A stretch of DNA of 64,000 bases from Microcoleus sp. (GCA_052279835.1 CP181291.1:1952001-2016000); one strand, 5' to 3'; shown: positions 29,394-41,267, counted from the first letter of the stretch. Numbers and translations are program-made. Notes: generated by a model not told the origin, from the sequence alone.

Positions 29394-30233
29394 CTATGGC
29401 TTTGAACCAGCCGCACCCTCTGCGCCGGAGTTGCTCTCAGGTACAGCCGTACCCGTAGGATTAGAATCGCTCTGGCTTTTGCTATTAGTTTCGCCGCTGG
29501 TACCTGCTCCAGGAGCGCCCTCATCTTGAGTTGGAGATGGAGTAGCTGAACTCTCAGGTGATGGAGTTGGCGGAGTGGAAGCTGGCTCCTTCTGCGAATT
29601 CGGAACCGTAGTATTGGTATTATTTGACGGCGAAGATGGAGACGGCGCTGCTTGCTGCTGTGAATTTGGAATTGTAATATTGATATTGGGAGCCGGACTT
29701 GGTTGAGGAGCCGGAGTTGCCTTTTGAGCTGGACTTGCTTGAGGAGCAGGCGTAGCCTTTTGAACTGGAGATGGTTGAACCGGAACCGGAACAATCTTTT
29801 GAATGATCGTTGTTTCTTTCTCTATAGTCCGAGTCGGAGCAGGTGTTGCTGAAGGCTGATTCGCTTTCGGTACAACAATCACAGGAGCAGCAGTAGGAGT
29901 AGGAGCCTCCTCACCCCGATTGAAGTAATATACACTGCCCAGAACTAAGCCTGCCAAAGAAGCAAGAAGAAGCCCTAACAGTAACCCGCGACCAGCATTC
30001 TGATTATCGCGGACTTCTTGGGTTTCAAGTTGGCGGTGGTTTTCGGCCATTTCACCCTGTACATAACCTTGGTGATGAGCTGCTTCTTTAGAAGGATTCG
30101 GAGTTGTACTCGGAACACTTGTAGTAGTTCGCGTTGTACTTACGTGACCGTTAGTTGCATCTGTGTGAACCTCTTGATGAATTTCACGGCTAGAGCTATT
30201 TTCTTCGTTAGGTTTCATAATTATCTTCGTCAC
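29394..30233 (-). CDS. Single-pass membrane protein with a Pro/Ser/Thr-rich tail
   Basis: TM segment GLLLGLLLASLAGLVLGSVYYF. Confidence 0.8.
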   Translation of the reverse strand: MTKIIMKPNEENSSSREIHQEVHTDATNGHVSTTRTTTSVPSTTPNPSKEAAHHQGYVQGEMAENHRQLETQEVRDNQNAGRGLLLGLLLASLAGLVLGSVYYFNRGEEAPTPTAAPVIVVPKANQPSATPAPTRTIEKETTIIQKIVPVPVQPSPVQKATPAPQASPAQKATPAPQPSPAPNINITIPNSQQQAAPSPSSPSNNTNTTVPNSQKEPASTPPTPSPESSATPSPTQDEGAPGAGTSGETNSKSQSDSNPTGTAVPESNSGAEGAAGSKP

Positions 30234-30505
30234 GAATATTCAAAAAATATGGGTCTGTAGGAGATGCTTCTGTTTGAAAACTTCAGCTAAGCACTTCAGC
30301 CTTTAAATCACTTCTTTCGATTCACTGTCAAGATTCAGGTGTAAGCATTTAGCTTTTTGGTCATACCCAGTTCAAATCCTTAACAGCTTTGTGCTTAGGA
30401 AGTTTAGAGAACTTTTAGTTTTTCCTTCATCTGTATCTAATCTAACTCCCTAACACATTAACCAGGCTCTACCCTCAGAGTGATTGTCCTAATCCCCCTT
30501 CGGAA

Positions 30506-30608
30506 GGGGGACTTTGAGAAGATTCCTGTCCCCCCCTTCTGAAGGGGGGCTAGGGGGGATCTAAGTCTAATAGTCAAACAGCAGTCTCTGACTGGGTTTA
30601 ACGTTAAT
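30506..30608 (+). repeat. About 100-bp dispersed repeat, left copy
   Basis: Reverse complement of 31443-31548 (shared CAGCAGTCTCTGACTGGGTT and GGGGGGCTAGGGGGGATCTA). Confidence 0.85.
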
Positions 30609-30730
30609 TAAGTTTTTAGTAATAAACGCAACTTTTCGATCATCCTCAAGAGAGGACGATCGTACTTACTACCAACAAGCTTTATTACCGGAAATTAACC
30701 GGACATCAGCATTACTAACAACTGAGTTTT

Positions 30731-31123
30731 TTACTCTGTTCTTTCAATAATGATGGTCATGTGAGCGACTAATGCACCGATCGCCCCTACTGCTGCAATC
30801 ACTGGAAACAACGCCGCACCGATGACTCCGCCGACTACTCCCACCGTCAGAGGCACTTCAATCAAGATCCGTCCCTCTTCATTTTTGATAATTATCCGCC
30901 GGATATTCCCTTCGTGAATCAGTTCTTTAACTTTAGCAACCAAATCTTCACCATTAATCTTTAACTCCTCAACGCTCATTTTTTGCTGAGTATAAACAGG
31001 AGTTTCTAGAGGTGGTACTTCTACCCCACTAACTTTTTGGGGCGAAACTTTAGTGCCTACAGGTATCGAGTCAATTTCTCTTTCCCCAACTGGTTCTTGT
31101 TCGCGGTCTGTGTATGTGTCCAT
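30731..31123 (-). CDS. DUF4342-like protein
   Basis: LVAKVKELIHEGNIRRIIIK...IEVPLTVG. Confidence 0.85.
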   Translation of the reverse strand: MDTYTDREQEPVGEREIDSIPVGTKVSPQKVSGVEVPPLETPVYTQQKMSVEELKINGEDLVAKVKELIHEGNIRRIIIKNEEGRILIEVPLTVGVVGGVIGAALFPVIAAVGAIGALVAHMTIIIERTE

Positions 31124-31442
31124 TCTTTCTTCTCCCTTCCTTTAGGTATTTTTTTTATATAATTACTCTAATTAACACCGAAATTATTGTTAAGTCATCT
31201 TTCTTTTGGCTGATATTAACCAGAGCAAAAGTTATTCAGAGAATGATTCCCTCCGCAGCAATTAAGATTCGCCTCCACTCCTGTCTCTAGCCCGATCGCC
31301 CTCTCACCCCATCCGCCCCAGGACAGGGCTATTTTACTCTTGGTAGGGGCCGTGCCCCCGTGCCGGCCCTCATTGGCCGCCGATGCGAATAAAATCGTCT
31401 GTGATGGGGGGTAGTCTAGGACTGGGCGGGCACCATAGGTGT

Positions 31443-31548
31443 CAACTTAACTTCTAACCCAGTCAGAGACTGCTGTTTAACTATTAAATCTAGATCCCCC
31501 CTAGCCCCCCTTAAGAAGGGGGGAACAAGAACTTGCTCAAAGTCTCCC
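31443..31548 (-). repeat. About 100-bp dispersed repeat, right (inverted) copy
   Basis: Inverted relative to 30506-30608. Confidence 0.85.
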
Positions 31549-31925
31549 TGCCCCCTGTTGCTTGTGCCAATACGCTAACTGTCTACCCATCGCCCCGGCA
31601 TCGCCCCAGCTCGAAAAAGCCTCTAATCCAGACAGAAAAAGGATTAGAGCTAGATTCTTAATGCTGACTGCTTCCGAGTCAGCGACTGTGCAACTTCAAA
31701 AAGTGACATTTTACTGAAAGGGCGATCGACCCATAGTTAATACACTTAGCACATCTAGTTCGGCAAATCGCCCATGGAAATCCTCACTTCCTGCCCTCAA
31801 ATTAGGCTCGAATCAAACTCTGTGAAATCGTCCAAAAAAGTCGCGCCCCCGGAAGTTCCCGCCGTTAATATCCTAGAGTTTTTAATGAGAATTGCCTAAA
31901 CAGAAAACGGGAACAAGAACAAATT

Positions 31926-34820
31926 ATGCTTCAACTTTTATCAAAACCCAGCCAATTACAACAAGTCGAAGTTTCTGTTTGCCAAAAGCCAGGTAAAATA
32001 GAAAAGTTTCCTTTTTATTCCAGTTTAATTTCAGTGTCAGATTTGCCAGCCACAGAATTTGAATATCAAGTAGGGGGAAGTTTGCCCCCAAATTCTCCTA
32101 CCTATGTCACCAGGGCTGCCGATCGCGAACTTTACAAATCTTTAAAAGCGGGTGAGTTTTGCTATGTACTAACTTCCCGACAAATGGGAAAGTCGAGTTT
32201 GCGCGTACAAGCAGCCCGTCGCTTGCAAGCAGAAGGTACTGTCTGCGGTACAGTTGATATTACCGGCATTGGTACTACCGAGATGACTCCCATGCAGTGG
32301 TATGCGGGTTTTACTGGCACTCTCGCCAACAGCTTTAAAATTAAGTCGATCAATTTTAGGACTTGGTGGCGCGATCGAGAACACTTACCACCAGTATTAA
32401 GATTAAATGAATTTATCGAACAAGTATTACTTCCTTCCACAGAACGCAATATAGTTATTTTTATAGATGAAATTGACAGCGTTCTTTCCCTCAATTTTTC
32501 CAGCGATGATTTTTTTGCAATGGTCCGAGGATGCTACAATAAACGCGCTGAAAATCCAGAATATAACCGCCTTACTTTTGCTTTGTTTGGAGTCACGACT
32601 CCTCAAGATTTAATTGCTGATAAAACCAGAACCCCGTTTAATATAGGTCGCCCCATTGAACTCAAAGGATTTGCCCTCGACGAAGCAATCCCTTTAGCTC
32701 AAGGATTTTCAGAACAAATAGAAAACTCCCTAGAAGTGCTCAAAGAAATCTTGGAATGGACGGGAGGACAGCCTTTTCTTACTCAAAAATTTAGTAAATT
32801 AGCTTCGGAAAGATTAGGAATTCCAACAAGTAATGACAGTGGAAATAACCCTAAATATCGAGTTGCTAACACTCAATTATTCATGGCAGATTTAGTGCAT
32901 TCCAGTGCCCTCAACAACTGGGAATTTCAAGATGAACCGGAACATCTGAAAACAATTCGCGATCGCCTCCTGAGAAATCCGCAGCGCACGGCTCGTTTGC
33001 TAGGACTTTACCAAGAAATTTTGTCAAATCTCACATCTGTCACTATTCTCAATAACAGGCAAGATACCTGTTCGATAAACACTGAATTTGATGGTGGGGT
33101 AGGCACGGAACTAGCCTTAGTTCAAGATAGTCCAGAAAAAATGGAATTATTGCTTTCAGGTTTAATCGTCAAAGATGGACAAAGACTGAGAGTATATAAT
33201 CCCATTTACGCCTCAGTTTTTAACCAAGAGTGGATACAGAAAGAATTAGCCAAACTGCGGCCCTACTCGGAGTCGATCGCCGCTTGGGAAGTCTCCAATC
33301 ATACCGACACTTCCCGCTTGCTGCAAGGTAGAGCGCTAGCAGAAGCGTTAAGCTGGGCCGCAGACAAAAGCTTGGGCGATCGAGATTATCAATTTCTGTC
33401 AGCCAGTCAAGAATTAGAAAACGTCCAAGTACAAAAAAAATTATCCATAGAAAAAGCAGCCTCAAAAATATTAACCGAAGCCAATTTAGTCTTGACAAAA
33501 GCTCAAAAAAAAGCTAAGACAACAATCCAATTCAGCTTGCTAGGACTCGCTACAATTACTACGATTGCTACCGGCATTATAAATCACGCCCAACGAGTCA
33601 CCCAACAAATAGAAAATCAAAAAAAACAAGCCATAATTGCTCAAATAGAAGCCCTCAACTCTACAGCCGATATTTCCCTAGCCTACGACCAACTAGGAGC
33701 TTTAATTGCCGCAGTTAGCGCCGGAAAAAAACTTAGAGAAATATACGCCTCTCCAGGACTCAAAGCACAGACATTAAATAGATTACACCATACGATCGAT
33801 GCAGTGCGAGAACGCAATCGTTTGGCGAACGGACACACAGCTAGCTTTAGCCCGGATGGTAAGTTAATTGTTAGTGTCGGCGACAATTACAGTGTGAAAG
33901 TTTTTCAGCCAAACGGCAAGCTGATTTTGACGTTACCTGGACATAAACAGTCAGTTAGTGAGGTGGTATTCAGTCCTGATAGTAAGTTAATTTCTTCCAC
34001 AAGTTTTGATAAAACTGTCAGAATTTGGCGCAAAGATGGCAGTTTGCAGCAAATTCTCAAAGGACACCAAGATTTAGTTTGGAGCGCTAGTTTTAGCCCT
34101 AAATTAGAACAAATTGCTAGTGCCAGTTCTGACAAAACTATTAAAATTTGGAATTTAAATGGAGTTTTGCAGCAAACTCTGACAGGTCATACTAGACCGG
34201 TAACATCAGTGAGGTTTAGTCCCGATGGAGAGATGTTAGCTTCCACCAGTCAAGATAAAACTATAAAACTTTGGAAACGCGATGGGAACAAGCAATTTAG
34301 ACTTCATAAAACTCTTGTAGGACACAAAGATGAAGTGTGGGGCTGTAATTTTTCACCAAATGGCGAGATGATTGCGAGTGCGAGTCACGACTGGAGTGTC
34401 AAACTTTGGAATACTGAAGGAAAGTTACTCAAATCTTTAGCCGATTCTACAACGGGTGTGGGTAGTGTTAATTGGAGCCCTGACAGCCAAACTGTGGCTG
34501 GGGGGAGTATGGATGGTAAGGTAAGAATTTGGCGCGCGGATGGTACTTTGCTGCAAACTTTGAAGGGACATCTTGCGGATGTGTGGAGTTTGAGTTTTAG
34601 TCTCGATGGCAAAACTTTAGCATCTGCGGGTAAAGATTCGTCGGTAAGGCTTTGGAATCTGGATGCTACGACAGTGGAAGCTGGGGAACTTGACAAATTG
34701 CTGACTATCGGATGCGATCGACTCAGAGACTACCTACAATACAATCCGAATGTTGAAAAAGACCGACATTTGTGCGATCGCAAACAGAAAATCAATATAC
34801 CTGATTTTTTCAATAAGTAG
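31926..34820 (+). CDS. AAA_35-type STAND ATPase with TM segment and 7 WD40 repeats
   Basis: YQVGGSL, SRQMGKSSL, IFIDEID, TPFNIG, WTGGQPFLTQ; 7 WD repeats. Confidence 0.9.
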   Translation: MLQLLSKPSQLQQVEVSVCQKPGKIEKFPFYSSLISVSDLPATEFEYQVGGSLPPNSPTYVTRAADRELYKSLKAGEFCYVLTSRQMGKSSLRVQAARRLQAEGTVCGTVDITGIGTTEMTPMQWYAGFTGTLANSFKIKSINFRTWWRDREHLPPVLRLNEFIEQVLLPSTERNIVIFIDEIDSVLSLNFSSDDFFAMVRGCYNKRAENPEYNRLTFALFGVTTPQDLIADKTRTPFNIGRPIELKGFALDEAIPLAQGFSEQIENSLEVLKEILEWTGGQPFLTQKFSKLASERLGIPTSNDSGNNPKYRVANTQLFMADLVHSSALNNWEFQDEPEHLKTIRDRLLRNPQRTARLLGLYQEILSNLTSVTILNNRQDTCSINTEFDGGVGTELALVQDSPEKMELLLSGLIVKDGQRLRVYNPIYASVFNQEWIQKELAKLRPYSESIAAWEVSNHTDTSRLLQGRALAEALSWAADKSLGDRDYQFLSASQELENVQVQKKLSIEKAASKILTEANLVLTKAQKKAKTTIQFSLLGLATITTIATGIINHAQRVTQQIENQKKQAIIAQIEALNSTADISLAYDQLGALIAAVSAGKKLREIYASPGLKAQTLNRLHHTIDAVRERNRLANGHTASFSPDGKLIVSVGDNYSVKVFQPNGKLILTLPGHKQSVSEVVFSPDSKLISSTSFDKTVRIWRKDGSLQQILKGHQDLVWSASFSPKLEQIASASSDKTIKIWNLNGVLQQTLTGHTRPVTSVRFSPDGEMLASTSQDKTIKLWKRDGNKQFRLHKTLVGHKDEVWGCNFSPNGEMIASASHDWSVKLWNTEGKLLKSLADSTTGVGSVNWSPDSQTVAGGSMDGKVRIWRADGTLLQTLKGHLADVWSLSFSLDGKTLASAGKDSSVRLWNLDATTVEAGELDKLLTIGCDRLRDYLQYNPNVEKDRHLCDRKQKINIPDFFNK

Positions 34821-34879
34821 CGTATCTAAATCCCATTTTATGTTTAATAGTTTATTACTTCTTCCTTTTTCATTCTGAT

Positions 34880-35260
34880 TCAAAATCGGCAAACCCACTT
34901 CCACAAAGGATGACTAGGCCCCTGTTGGCGAATGCGGCTAACTTGTTGTTCCAAACGCTGTTTTTCTCGCATTGGTAATCCTCGCGCCATATTGCGACCT
35001 TGCCAAGTTAGCACTCCCAAAGTCATCCCCAAGCACAAACCCAAACCGAGAGTTGGCCAGCGGTGAAAGTATAAACCGTAACGCACCGCAGCCCAAGTAA
35101 AGTTTTCGATCCACAAAGCAATTTCTTCGCGCAAAGCCCAAATACTCCAAGAACCGACGCTAAGCCACAAAAATATTACAGTTAACCAGCGACCGTATAC
35201 TGTTAGTTTATGGAGTCTTTGGACTTCGATTTTAAAATTGGGATCGCTGTCATTAGTCAT
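34880..35260 (-). CDS. Conserved cyanobacterial membrane protein
   Basis: Two hydrophobic segments; C-terminal IRQQGPSHPLWKWV. Confidence 0.8.
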   Translation of the reverse strand: MTNDSDPNFKIEVQRLHKLTVYGRWLTVIFLWLSVGSWSIWALREEIALWIENFTWAAVRYGLYFHRWPTLGLGLCLGMTLGVLTWQGRNMARGLPMREKQRLEQQVSRIRQQGPSHPLWKWVCRF

Positions 35261-35266
35261 TGTTGT

Positions 35267-35323
35267 TTGTTATTTGTTATTTGTTATTTGTTATTTGTTA
35301 TTTGTTATTTGTTATTTGTTATT
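35267..35323. repeat. STRR heptamer array (TTGTTAT)n
   Basis: About 8 copies. Confidence 0.9.
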
Positions 35324-35389
35324 GGCGGTTCCTACCCTTCGACTCCGCGGCGGTAGGCGCGTGCGAAGGGTCGAAGGGTCAACAGTCAA

Positions 35390-36358
35390 CTAAACTTCAT
35401 CAGATGGACTCATGGCTTCTACAGGAACGGGAATAGAGTTGCCGGTGCGACTGCGCCACCAAGCTAGGAGGGTACTAGCAATGAAAATACTGGAATATGC
35501 ACCAGCAATAAAACCCACAATCAAAGCTAAAGCAAAGTATTTGAGAGTTTCGCCACCAAACAAAAAGATAGAAAACAGTGTCAGTAGCGTAGTCATCGTC
35601 GTGTTAATTGACCTGCCAAGGGTCTGGAGTACAGCATCATCGACAATTTGGTCGATCGACAAACCGGGATTTAGCTTAATTACTTCACGCACGCGATCGT
35701 AAATCACTACTGTATCGTTAACAGAAAAACCGATAATTGTCAACAGAGCAACCACAAATAAACTGTCTACTTCTATGCCTAGAACTAAACCCAAAAATGA
35801 AAAAATGCCAAGAGTAATTAACACATCGTGGAACAGGGCAACAAAAGCAAAAAAGGCATAATCTAACTGAAATCGGAATGTCAGATAAATAGTAATTCCA
35901 GCAAAAGATAGTAATAAAGCCAACAATCCCGAAGTAAATAATTGTTTACCGAGGGTAGGACCTACCGTATCAATTTGAGTAGATTTAGGGGCAAAATCAC
36001 CTATTTTTTCACTCAAAGCTGTTTGCAACTTAGTCCGCTTTTCCACATCCAAAGTTTTCGTTCGTAGCGATAAGCCTCGCTGTTCTTTGCCGATCACTTG
36101 AATGGTACTACCGGCTAAACCTTGGGTATCGAGGACTTCCCGCACAGCAGCAATATTGATGGGTTTACAATTTTCAGGTTTCGTGCAGTCAAGTTCAAAT
36201 TGTAGCCTAGTACCACCGATAAAGTCCAAACTAGGGCGTAGGGGTGCGCGGATGTCGGGACGAGTCCAAGAAATTGCCATCGAGACTATACCCGCAAGGA
36301 TAATCGCGGCGGAAATACTCCACCAGATCGATCGCTGTTTGATTACACTGAATTTCAT
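35390..36358 (-). CDS. secF: Protein translocase subunit SecF
   Basis: [37 protein letters not shown]; adjacent to secD. Confidence 0.96.
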   Translation of the reverse strand: MKFSVIKQRSIWWSISAAIILAGIVSMAISWTRPDIRAPLRPSLDFIGGTRLQFELDCTKPENCKPINIAAVREVLDTQGLAGSTIQVIGKEQRGLSLRTKTLDVEKRTKLQTALSEKIGDFAPKSTQIDTVGPTLGKQLFTSGLLALLLSFAGITIYLTFRFQLDYAFFAFVALFHDVLITLGIFSFLGLVLGIEVDSLFVVALLTIIGFSVNDTVVIYDRVREVIKLNPGLSIDQIVDDAVLQTLGRSINTTMTTLLTLFSIFLFGGETLKYFALALIVGFIAGAYSSIFIASTLLAWWRSRTGNSIPVPVEAMSPSDEV

Positions 36359-36588
36359 AAGTTGAAGGAAGAAGGAAGAAGGAAGAAGGAAGAAGTAAGA
36401 AGTAAGAAGAACCCCCCCCAGCCCCCCCCCAAGGGGGGAAATTCAGGGAGAAGTAAGAAGAACCCCCCCCAGCCCCCCCCAAGGGGGGAAATTCAGGGAG
36501 AAGGAAGAAGAACCACCCCCAGCCCCCCAAGGGGGTAGGGAAGAAGGAAGAGGGAAGAAGGAAGCAATCAGTAGTTAACTTTTAACTG

Positions 36589-37980
36589 TTAACTATTGGC
36601 AGTTTTCGACAAATTAGGACAGAACAATTCAGGTTTCCGCAATTGTGGAAAGCCCAAAACTACCAACATCAGAGTGCGGCTACAAGTGATAGCAGTAAAC
36701 ATACTGACTGCGACACCCAAGGCTAGCGTTACAGCAAACCCTTTGACTAAACCAGCACCCAAGTAGAACAGCGCTGCACAAGCAATTAGCGTTGTGACGT
36801 TACCATCTAAAATGCTAGAAAAAGCCCGGTAAAAACCCGATTCTACAGAACGGTATAGAGTTTTTCCAGCCCGCAACTCTTCTCGCGTGCGTTCAAAAAT
36901 CAGTACATTCGCATCCACAGCCATACCAATGCTGAGCACAAAACCAGCAATTCCCGGTAGTGTTAAAGTTACTCCCAACAGCACGAAAGCAGCCCAAGTT
37001 AGCAAAGCATAAATTAACAGGGCAATATCTGCAATTACACCAGGGAGTCGATAGTAGGCGATCATGAAAATCAAGACTAAAGCTAAACCCCCAATCCCTG
37101 CGGTGATACTGCTTTGAATACTGTCTTTACCCAAACTAGCACCGACTGTGCGGTTTTCAATAATTTCTACGGGTACTGGCAAAGCACCACCGCGCAGTTG
37201 CACTCCTAAATCGTTAGCTTCTTGGGCTGTAAAACGACCTTGAATTACTGCATTTCCTCCTGTAATTCCTGTTTGGGCAAATTCCACGCCAACTACAGGA
37301 GAACTAATCATTCTTTCATCTAGAAAAATCCCTAGAGTCCGTCCTGTTCCGGCTAAGTTTTTAGTAAGTTCGCCAAATAATTCGCCTCCTTTGGTGTCGA
37401 AGCGGAGAGCGACATTCCATTCGTTACCACTGGGTTGAGCTTGAGCATCCTTCAGGTTGCTTCCGCCGAGTTCACTACTTTTGTATAGTTTCGAGATTGC
37501 CTCATTACTCCTTTTCAAAGCAGCTTGATTTTCTTTAAATGCTGCCTCATTGGGGGTAGTTTTTAATGCTGCTTGTTTGGCGAGTAATTCCTGCTGCAAC
37601 TGCCTCTCAATGGCTAATTGCGCTTCTGTTCCTGGCAGTTGTTCCCGGAATTCTAGCTTGGCGGTTCCGCCCAAAACTCGTTCTGCTTGCTGCGGGTCGT
37701 TTACTCCGGGCAATTGTACGAGAATTTGGTCTTCTCCTACTGTTTGTACTAAGGCTTCGGAAACTCCCAAACCGTTGACGCGGTTTTCGACGATGCGTCG
37801 CACTGCTTCTAACATTCCCTGGTCAATTTTGGGGATGGTGGGGGTAGTTTTGACTTGAATTGTGAGTTGTGAGCCGCCTTGCAAGTCTAATCCTAGCCGC
37901 GTAGGAAGTGTTACTATGACAGTAATGGCGGCGATGATTAAAACAAAAATTAGGGCTAATACTGAACGTTGTTTTTGCAT
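36589..37980 (-). CDS. secD: Protein translocase subunit SecD
   Basis: LGLDLQGG, RVNGLGVSE, GALPVP, LTLPGIAG, GMAVDANVLIFER. Confidence 0.97.
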   Translation of the reverse strand: MQKQRSVLALIFVLIIAAITVIVTLPTRLGLDLQGGSQLTIQVKTTPTIPKIDQGMLEAVRRIVENRVNGLGVSEALVQTVGEDQILVQLPGVNDPQQAERVLGGTAKLEFREQLPGTEAQLAIERQLQQELLAKQAALKTTPNEAAFKENQAALKRSNEAISKLYKSSELGGSNLKDAQAQPSGNEWNVALRFDTKGGELFGELTKNLAGTGRTLGIFLDERMISSPVVGVEFAQTGITGGNAVIQGRFTAQEANDLGVQLRGGALPVPVEIIENRTVGASLGKDSIQSSITAGIGGLALVLIFMIAYYRLPGVIADIALLIYALLTWAAFVLLGVTLTLPGIAGFVLSIGMAVDANVLIFERTREELRAGKTLYRSVESGFYRAFSSILDGNVTTLIACAALFYLGAGLVKGFAVTLALGVAVSMFTAITCSRTLMLVVLGFPQLRKPELFCPNLSKTANS

Positions 37981-38063
37981 ATTTAATTATTTGTTATTGG
38001 TTATTAATCATTGTCATTAGTCATTGGTCATTCAATAACCAACAACCAATGACCAATGACTAT

Positions 38064-39047
38064 TTATACTCGTAGGGATACCATTTTTTGGACGGCTTCG
38101 ATAATTTGAGCTGGCTGTACGATTGTCAGTCTTTCCAAATTACCGTTGTATGGTGTGGGGATATCTTGTGATGAAAGTCGCAAAACTGGTGCGTCGAGTT
38201 CGTCAAAGTAGCGATCGCTAATTGAGGCAATTAATTCCGCACCGATGCCTCCTGTTTTCATGCACTCCTCCACAATAATTACTTTGTGGGTTTTGCGAAT
38301 GGATGCACCAATGGTTTCCATGTCAAGGGGTTTGAGAGAAATTAGGTCGATTACTTCTGGATCGCAACCCTCTTTTACGAGTCCGGGTACGGCTTGCATG
38401 ACGTGATGTCTCATGCGGGAATAGGTCAAAATTGTGACATCTTTGCCCGATCGCACTATTTCCGCTTTGTCCAGTGGCACTAAATATTCTGTTTCTGGCA
38501 AATCTTCTTTCAAGTTGTAAAGGAGAACGTGCTCGAAAAACAGGACGGGATTGTCATCGCGGATGGCTGATTTTAACAGCCCTTTGGCATTGTAAGGAGT
38601 CGAACAGGCAACGATTTTTAGGCCTGGGACTGCTTGGAAATAGGCTTCTAGTCGCTGAGAGTGTTCCGCGCCTAGTTGCCGGCCGACGCCACCGGGACCG
38701 CGAATTACCATGGGCATTTTGAAGTTGCCGCCGGAGGTGTAGCGCAGCATTCCAGCATTGTTGGAAATTTGGTTGAACGCTAGGAGCAAAAAGCCCATGT
38801 TCATGCCTTCGATGATCGGCCGCAATCCTGTCATTGCTGCCCCTACTGCCATGCCTGTAAAGCTATTTTCGGCGATCGGGGTATCGAGGACGCGGAGGTC
38901 GCCGTATTTATTGCAGAGGTCTTTGGTGACTTTGTAGGAACCGCCATAGTGGCCTACGTCTTCGCCGAGTACGAATACGGCGGAGTCGCGGGCCATTTCT
39001 TCGTCTAGGGCCTCGCGGAGGGCGTTGAACAATAAGGTTTCTGCCAT
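38064..39047 (-). CDS. pdhB: Pyruvate dehydrogenase E1 beta subunit
   Basis: [34 protein letters not shown]. Confidence 0.97.
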   Translation of the reverse strand: MAETLLFNALREALDEEMARDSAVFVLGEDVGHYGGSYKVTKDLCNKYGDLRVLDTPIAENSFTGMAVGAAMTGLRPIIEGMNMGFLLLAFNQISNNAGMLRYTSGGNFKMPMVIRGPGGVGRQLGAEHSQRLEAYFQAVPGLKIVACSTPYNAKGLLKSAIRDDNPVLFFEHVLLYNLKEDLPETEYLVPLDKAEIVRSGKDVTILTYSRMRHHVMQAVPGLVKEGCDPEVIDLISLKPLDMETIGASIRKTHKVIIVEECMKTGGIGAELIASISDRYFDELDAPVLRLSSQDIPTPYNGNLERLTIVQPAQIIEAVQKMVSLRV

Positions 39048-39233
39048 AGGAGGTGAATGATTGCAGGAGGGTTAGATTAGAATCTTAACCTTTTGGGGGT
39101 GTGGATTTGAATGCGATCGCACATTTGGCAGTTAAAATCTGATATTTTGCCAATCTTTATCATAACATTTGTTTTATGTCAATGAATATTTCAGTTAAAA
39201 TCATACTAACTTGCCGGCCCGCAGCAGAGGAAT

Positions 39234-39660
39234 ATGATGCTACAGACAAAACCTCAACTAACTATGGAAGAGTTTTTCGCTCTTCCCCAAGGAGAAGGCG
39301 ATATTACCTACGAACTTATTGACGAGCAAGCAGTACCGAAGATGTCACCTAAAAAATTTCATTCTCGCCTCACCCGAAGCCTCATAAAAATCCTCGAACA
39401 ATGGGGTGAGCAAGGGGGAGAAATTGGTGTTGAATGGGGGGTGAAATTAACCAGACTGGGGCGAGAATGGGTGCCAGTACCAGACCTTTTATATGTTTCT
39501 TATCAACGGTTGTCTCCTGACTGGAATCAAGATGAAGCCTGTCCTGTAGTCCCTGAATTAGTCATAGAAATTATTTCACCAGAACAGACTTTCGGTCAGT
39601 TAGCTGCTAAAGCGAGAAATTATTTAGATGCTAAGGTATTGCGGGTTTGGGTAGTAGATA
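39234..39660 (+). pseudogene. Uma2-family endonuclease gene truncated at the IS end
   Basis: YELID, VPDL.YVS, PELVIEIISP, LRVWVVD, then runs into the IS inverted repeat. Confidence 0.85.
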
Positions 39661-40599
39661 GGGCTTACTGAATAATCGCTCGCATATTACGTCGCGAAAG
39701 GTTTTCGATCCTCTTCGAGGGCTCCGCTAACGCGCGATCGAGAGTTTAGTGCAAGATAAACAGGTAAAATAGGTCAAAACCCGTGCATCACTACCTGCGA
39801 TCGTGTACCGAAAAGTTGAGGTGGTCCCACAACCCCCATCCGAGTTTGAACTGCCCTTCGGAGGCAGCTTGTCACCAGATAACCGTTGGGTAAAAATGAC
39901 CCAAGTAATCCCGTGGTCAGAATTTGAAGCAGAATATGCTAAAAACTTCCCCACAGAAATAGGTGCACCAGCCAAATCCTTTCGGATGGCGTTGGGGGCA
40001 TTAATCATCAAAGAAAAACTCGGAATTAGCGATCGGGAAACCGTCGAACAAATCCGGGAAAACCCCTATTTGCAATACTTGATCGGTCAATCAACCTACA
40101 GTAATGAACTACCCTTTGATCCATCACTATTAGTTCACTTTCGGCGCCGATCGCATTTATCGTACAAGAGAGAACCGAGCTTGGTGCAAAGACAAAGGCA
40201 TTAGAATCAGTGGACCGCCTTTAGGAAGGCCTCCAACCAATATCAGCAAAGAAAAAAAGAAGCAAGGGTTGGAAGATGAGAGAATTCGCAATGCGATTGA
40301 GGGAAAGTTCGGACAAGGTAAACGAAGATTCGGTCTGAATCGGATCATGGCAAAACTTGATAATACTTCTGAAACAGTCATTGCGATTACTTTTTTAGTC
40401 ATGAACCTTTCTACCTGGTGGCGCCGGGTTTTTTGTGTGTTTTTATGCCGTTCGGGGAAAACAATGCCTGTTTTTGGGCTGCACATAATCTGGGGTTATG
40501 CTTTACTCAGAATGAGGCAGGAAAAACTCATATTTAACTCGGCTTAAATATATCGAGCACTCCCGATCGCCAGAAAGCGATCGATTATTCAGCAAGCCC
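39661..40599 (+). mobile_element. Internally deleted IS5-family element (939 bp)
   Basis: Terminal IRs GGGCTTACTGAATAATCG / CGATTATTCAGCAAGCCC (1 mismatch); transposase N-terminus (39803-40145, DNRWV..IPW..ENPYLQY) joined out of frame to the C-terminus (40146-40547, ADRIYRTRENR..RNAIEGKFGQGKR). Confidence 0.92.
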
Positions 40600-40715
40600 C
40601 AATTAGGAAAACTCGATAGGCGATCGGCCAAAACCCCCGCACTCGCATCACCACCCCACAGCAGTACCACCAAAACCAGACAAAAACCCCAAATTACTTT
40701 CATACCACAGGACAT
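40600..40715 (-). pseudogene. 5' stub of an exported conserved protein gene, cut by the IS
   Basis: Signal-peptide-like MKVIWGFCLVLVVLLWGGDASA then GVLADRLSSFPNW, ending exactly at the right IR. Confidence 0.65.
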
Positions 40716-40860
40716 TCAAATAACTAACATTCTCAGGAATTATAAGTGATACCAAATCCAATTGAATCGGAATGATTAAACCGCGAAGGCGCAAAGGACG
40801 CGAAGGAATAGAAAGAAGAAGATGCACTTCTTCCTTCGCACTTTATTCTGTAAAACAGGT

Positions 40861-41265
40861 TTAAATTGACTCAACAGGTACAGGTTCCCAAACCTCGCCG
40901 TATTTCTCCTTCAATTCGTGCCAATTTTCTACTTGTCCCGGTTCATATTCGCCCGGTTTTCCCCACTGCAAAAATGCGCTCAGAGCCGGATCATTTTTTT
41001 CATCTAAAAAACGAATGGCATAGGTAGTAAAATTGCCTCTTTTTGCTTCACCAGTCTCGAATTTTACCTGTTTAATTTTATCCATATTCAGGTGAAATTC
41101 AAATATTTCGGCGTGCATATTTGCATATTTACCTTTCGGTAACTCCGCATAAAACAGCTTGTGAATTGAACCGCGCACTTCAAGGACAGCACCGCTGCTA
41201 GTTACAATTAAACGCAGCGTTCCTAATTTTTCGCAAGCTTCTAAGAATTCTTTTAGGTTAGACAT
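40861..41265 (-). CDS. ChuX/HutX-like (heme-utilisation fold) protein
   Basis: [11 protein letters not shown]...LRLIVTS..AVLE, YANMH...FEFHL; true start lies downstream of the STRR. Confidence 0.7.
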   Translation of the reverse strand: MSNLKEFLEACEKLGTLRLIVTSSGAVLEVRGSIHKLFYAELPKGKYANMHAEIFEFHLNMDKIKQVKFETGEAKRGNFTTYAIRFLDEKNDPALSAFLQWGKPGEYEPGQVENWHELKEKYGEVWEPVPVESI

Positions 41266-41267
41266 AA

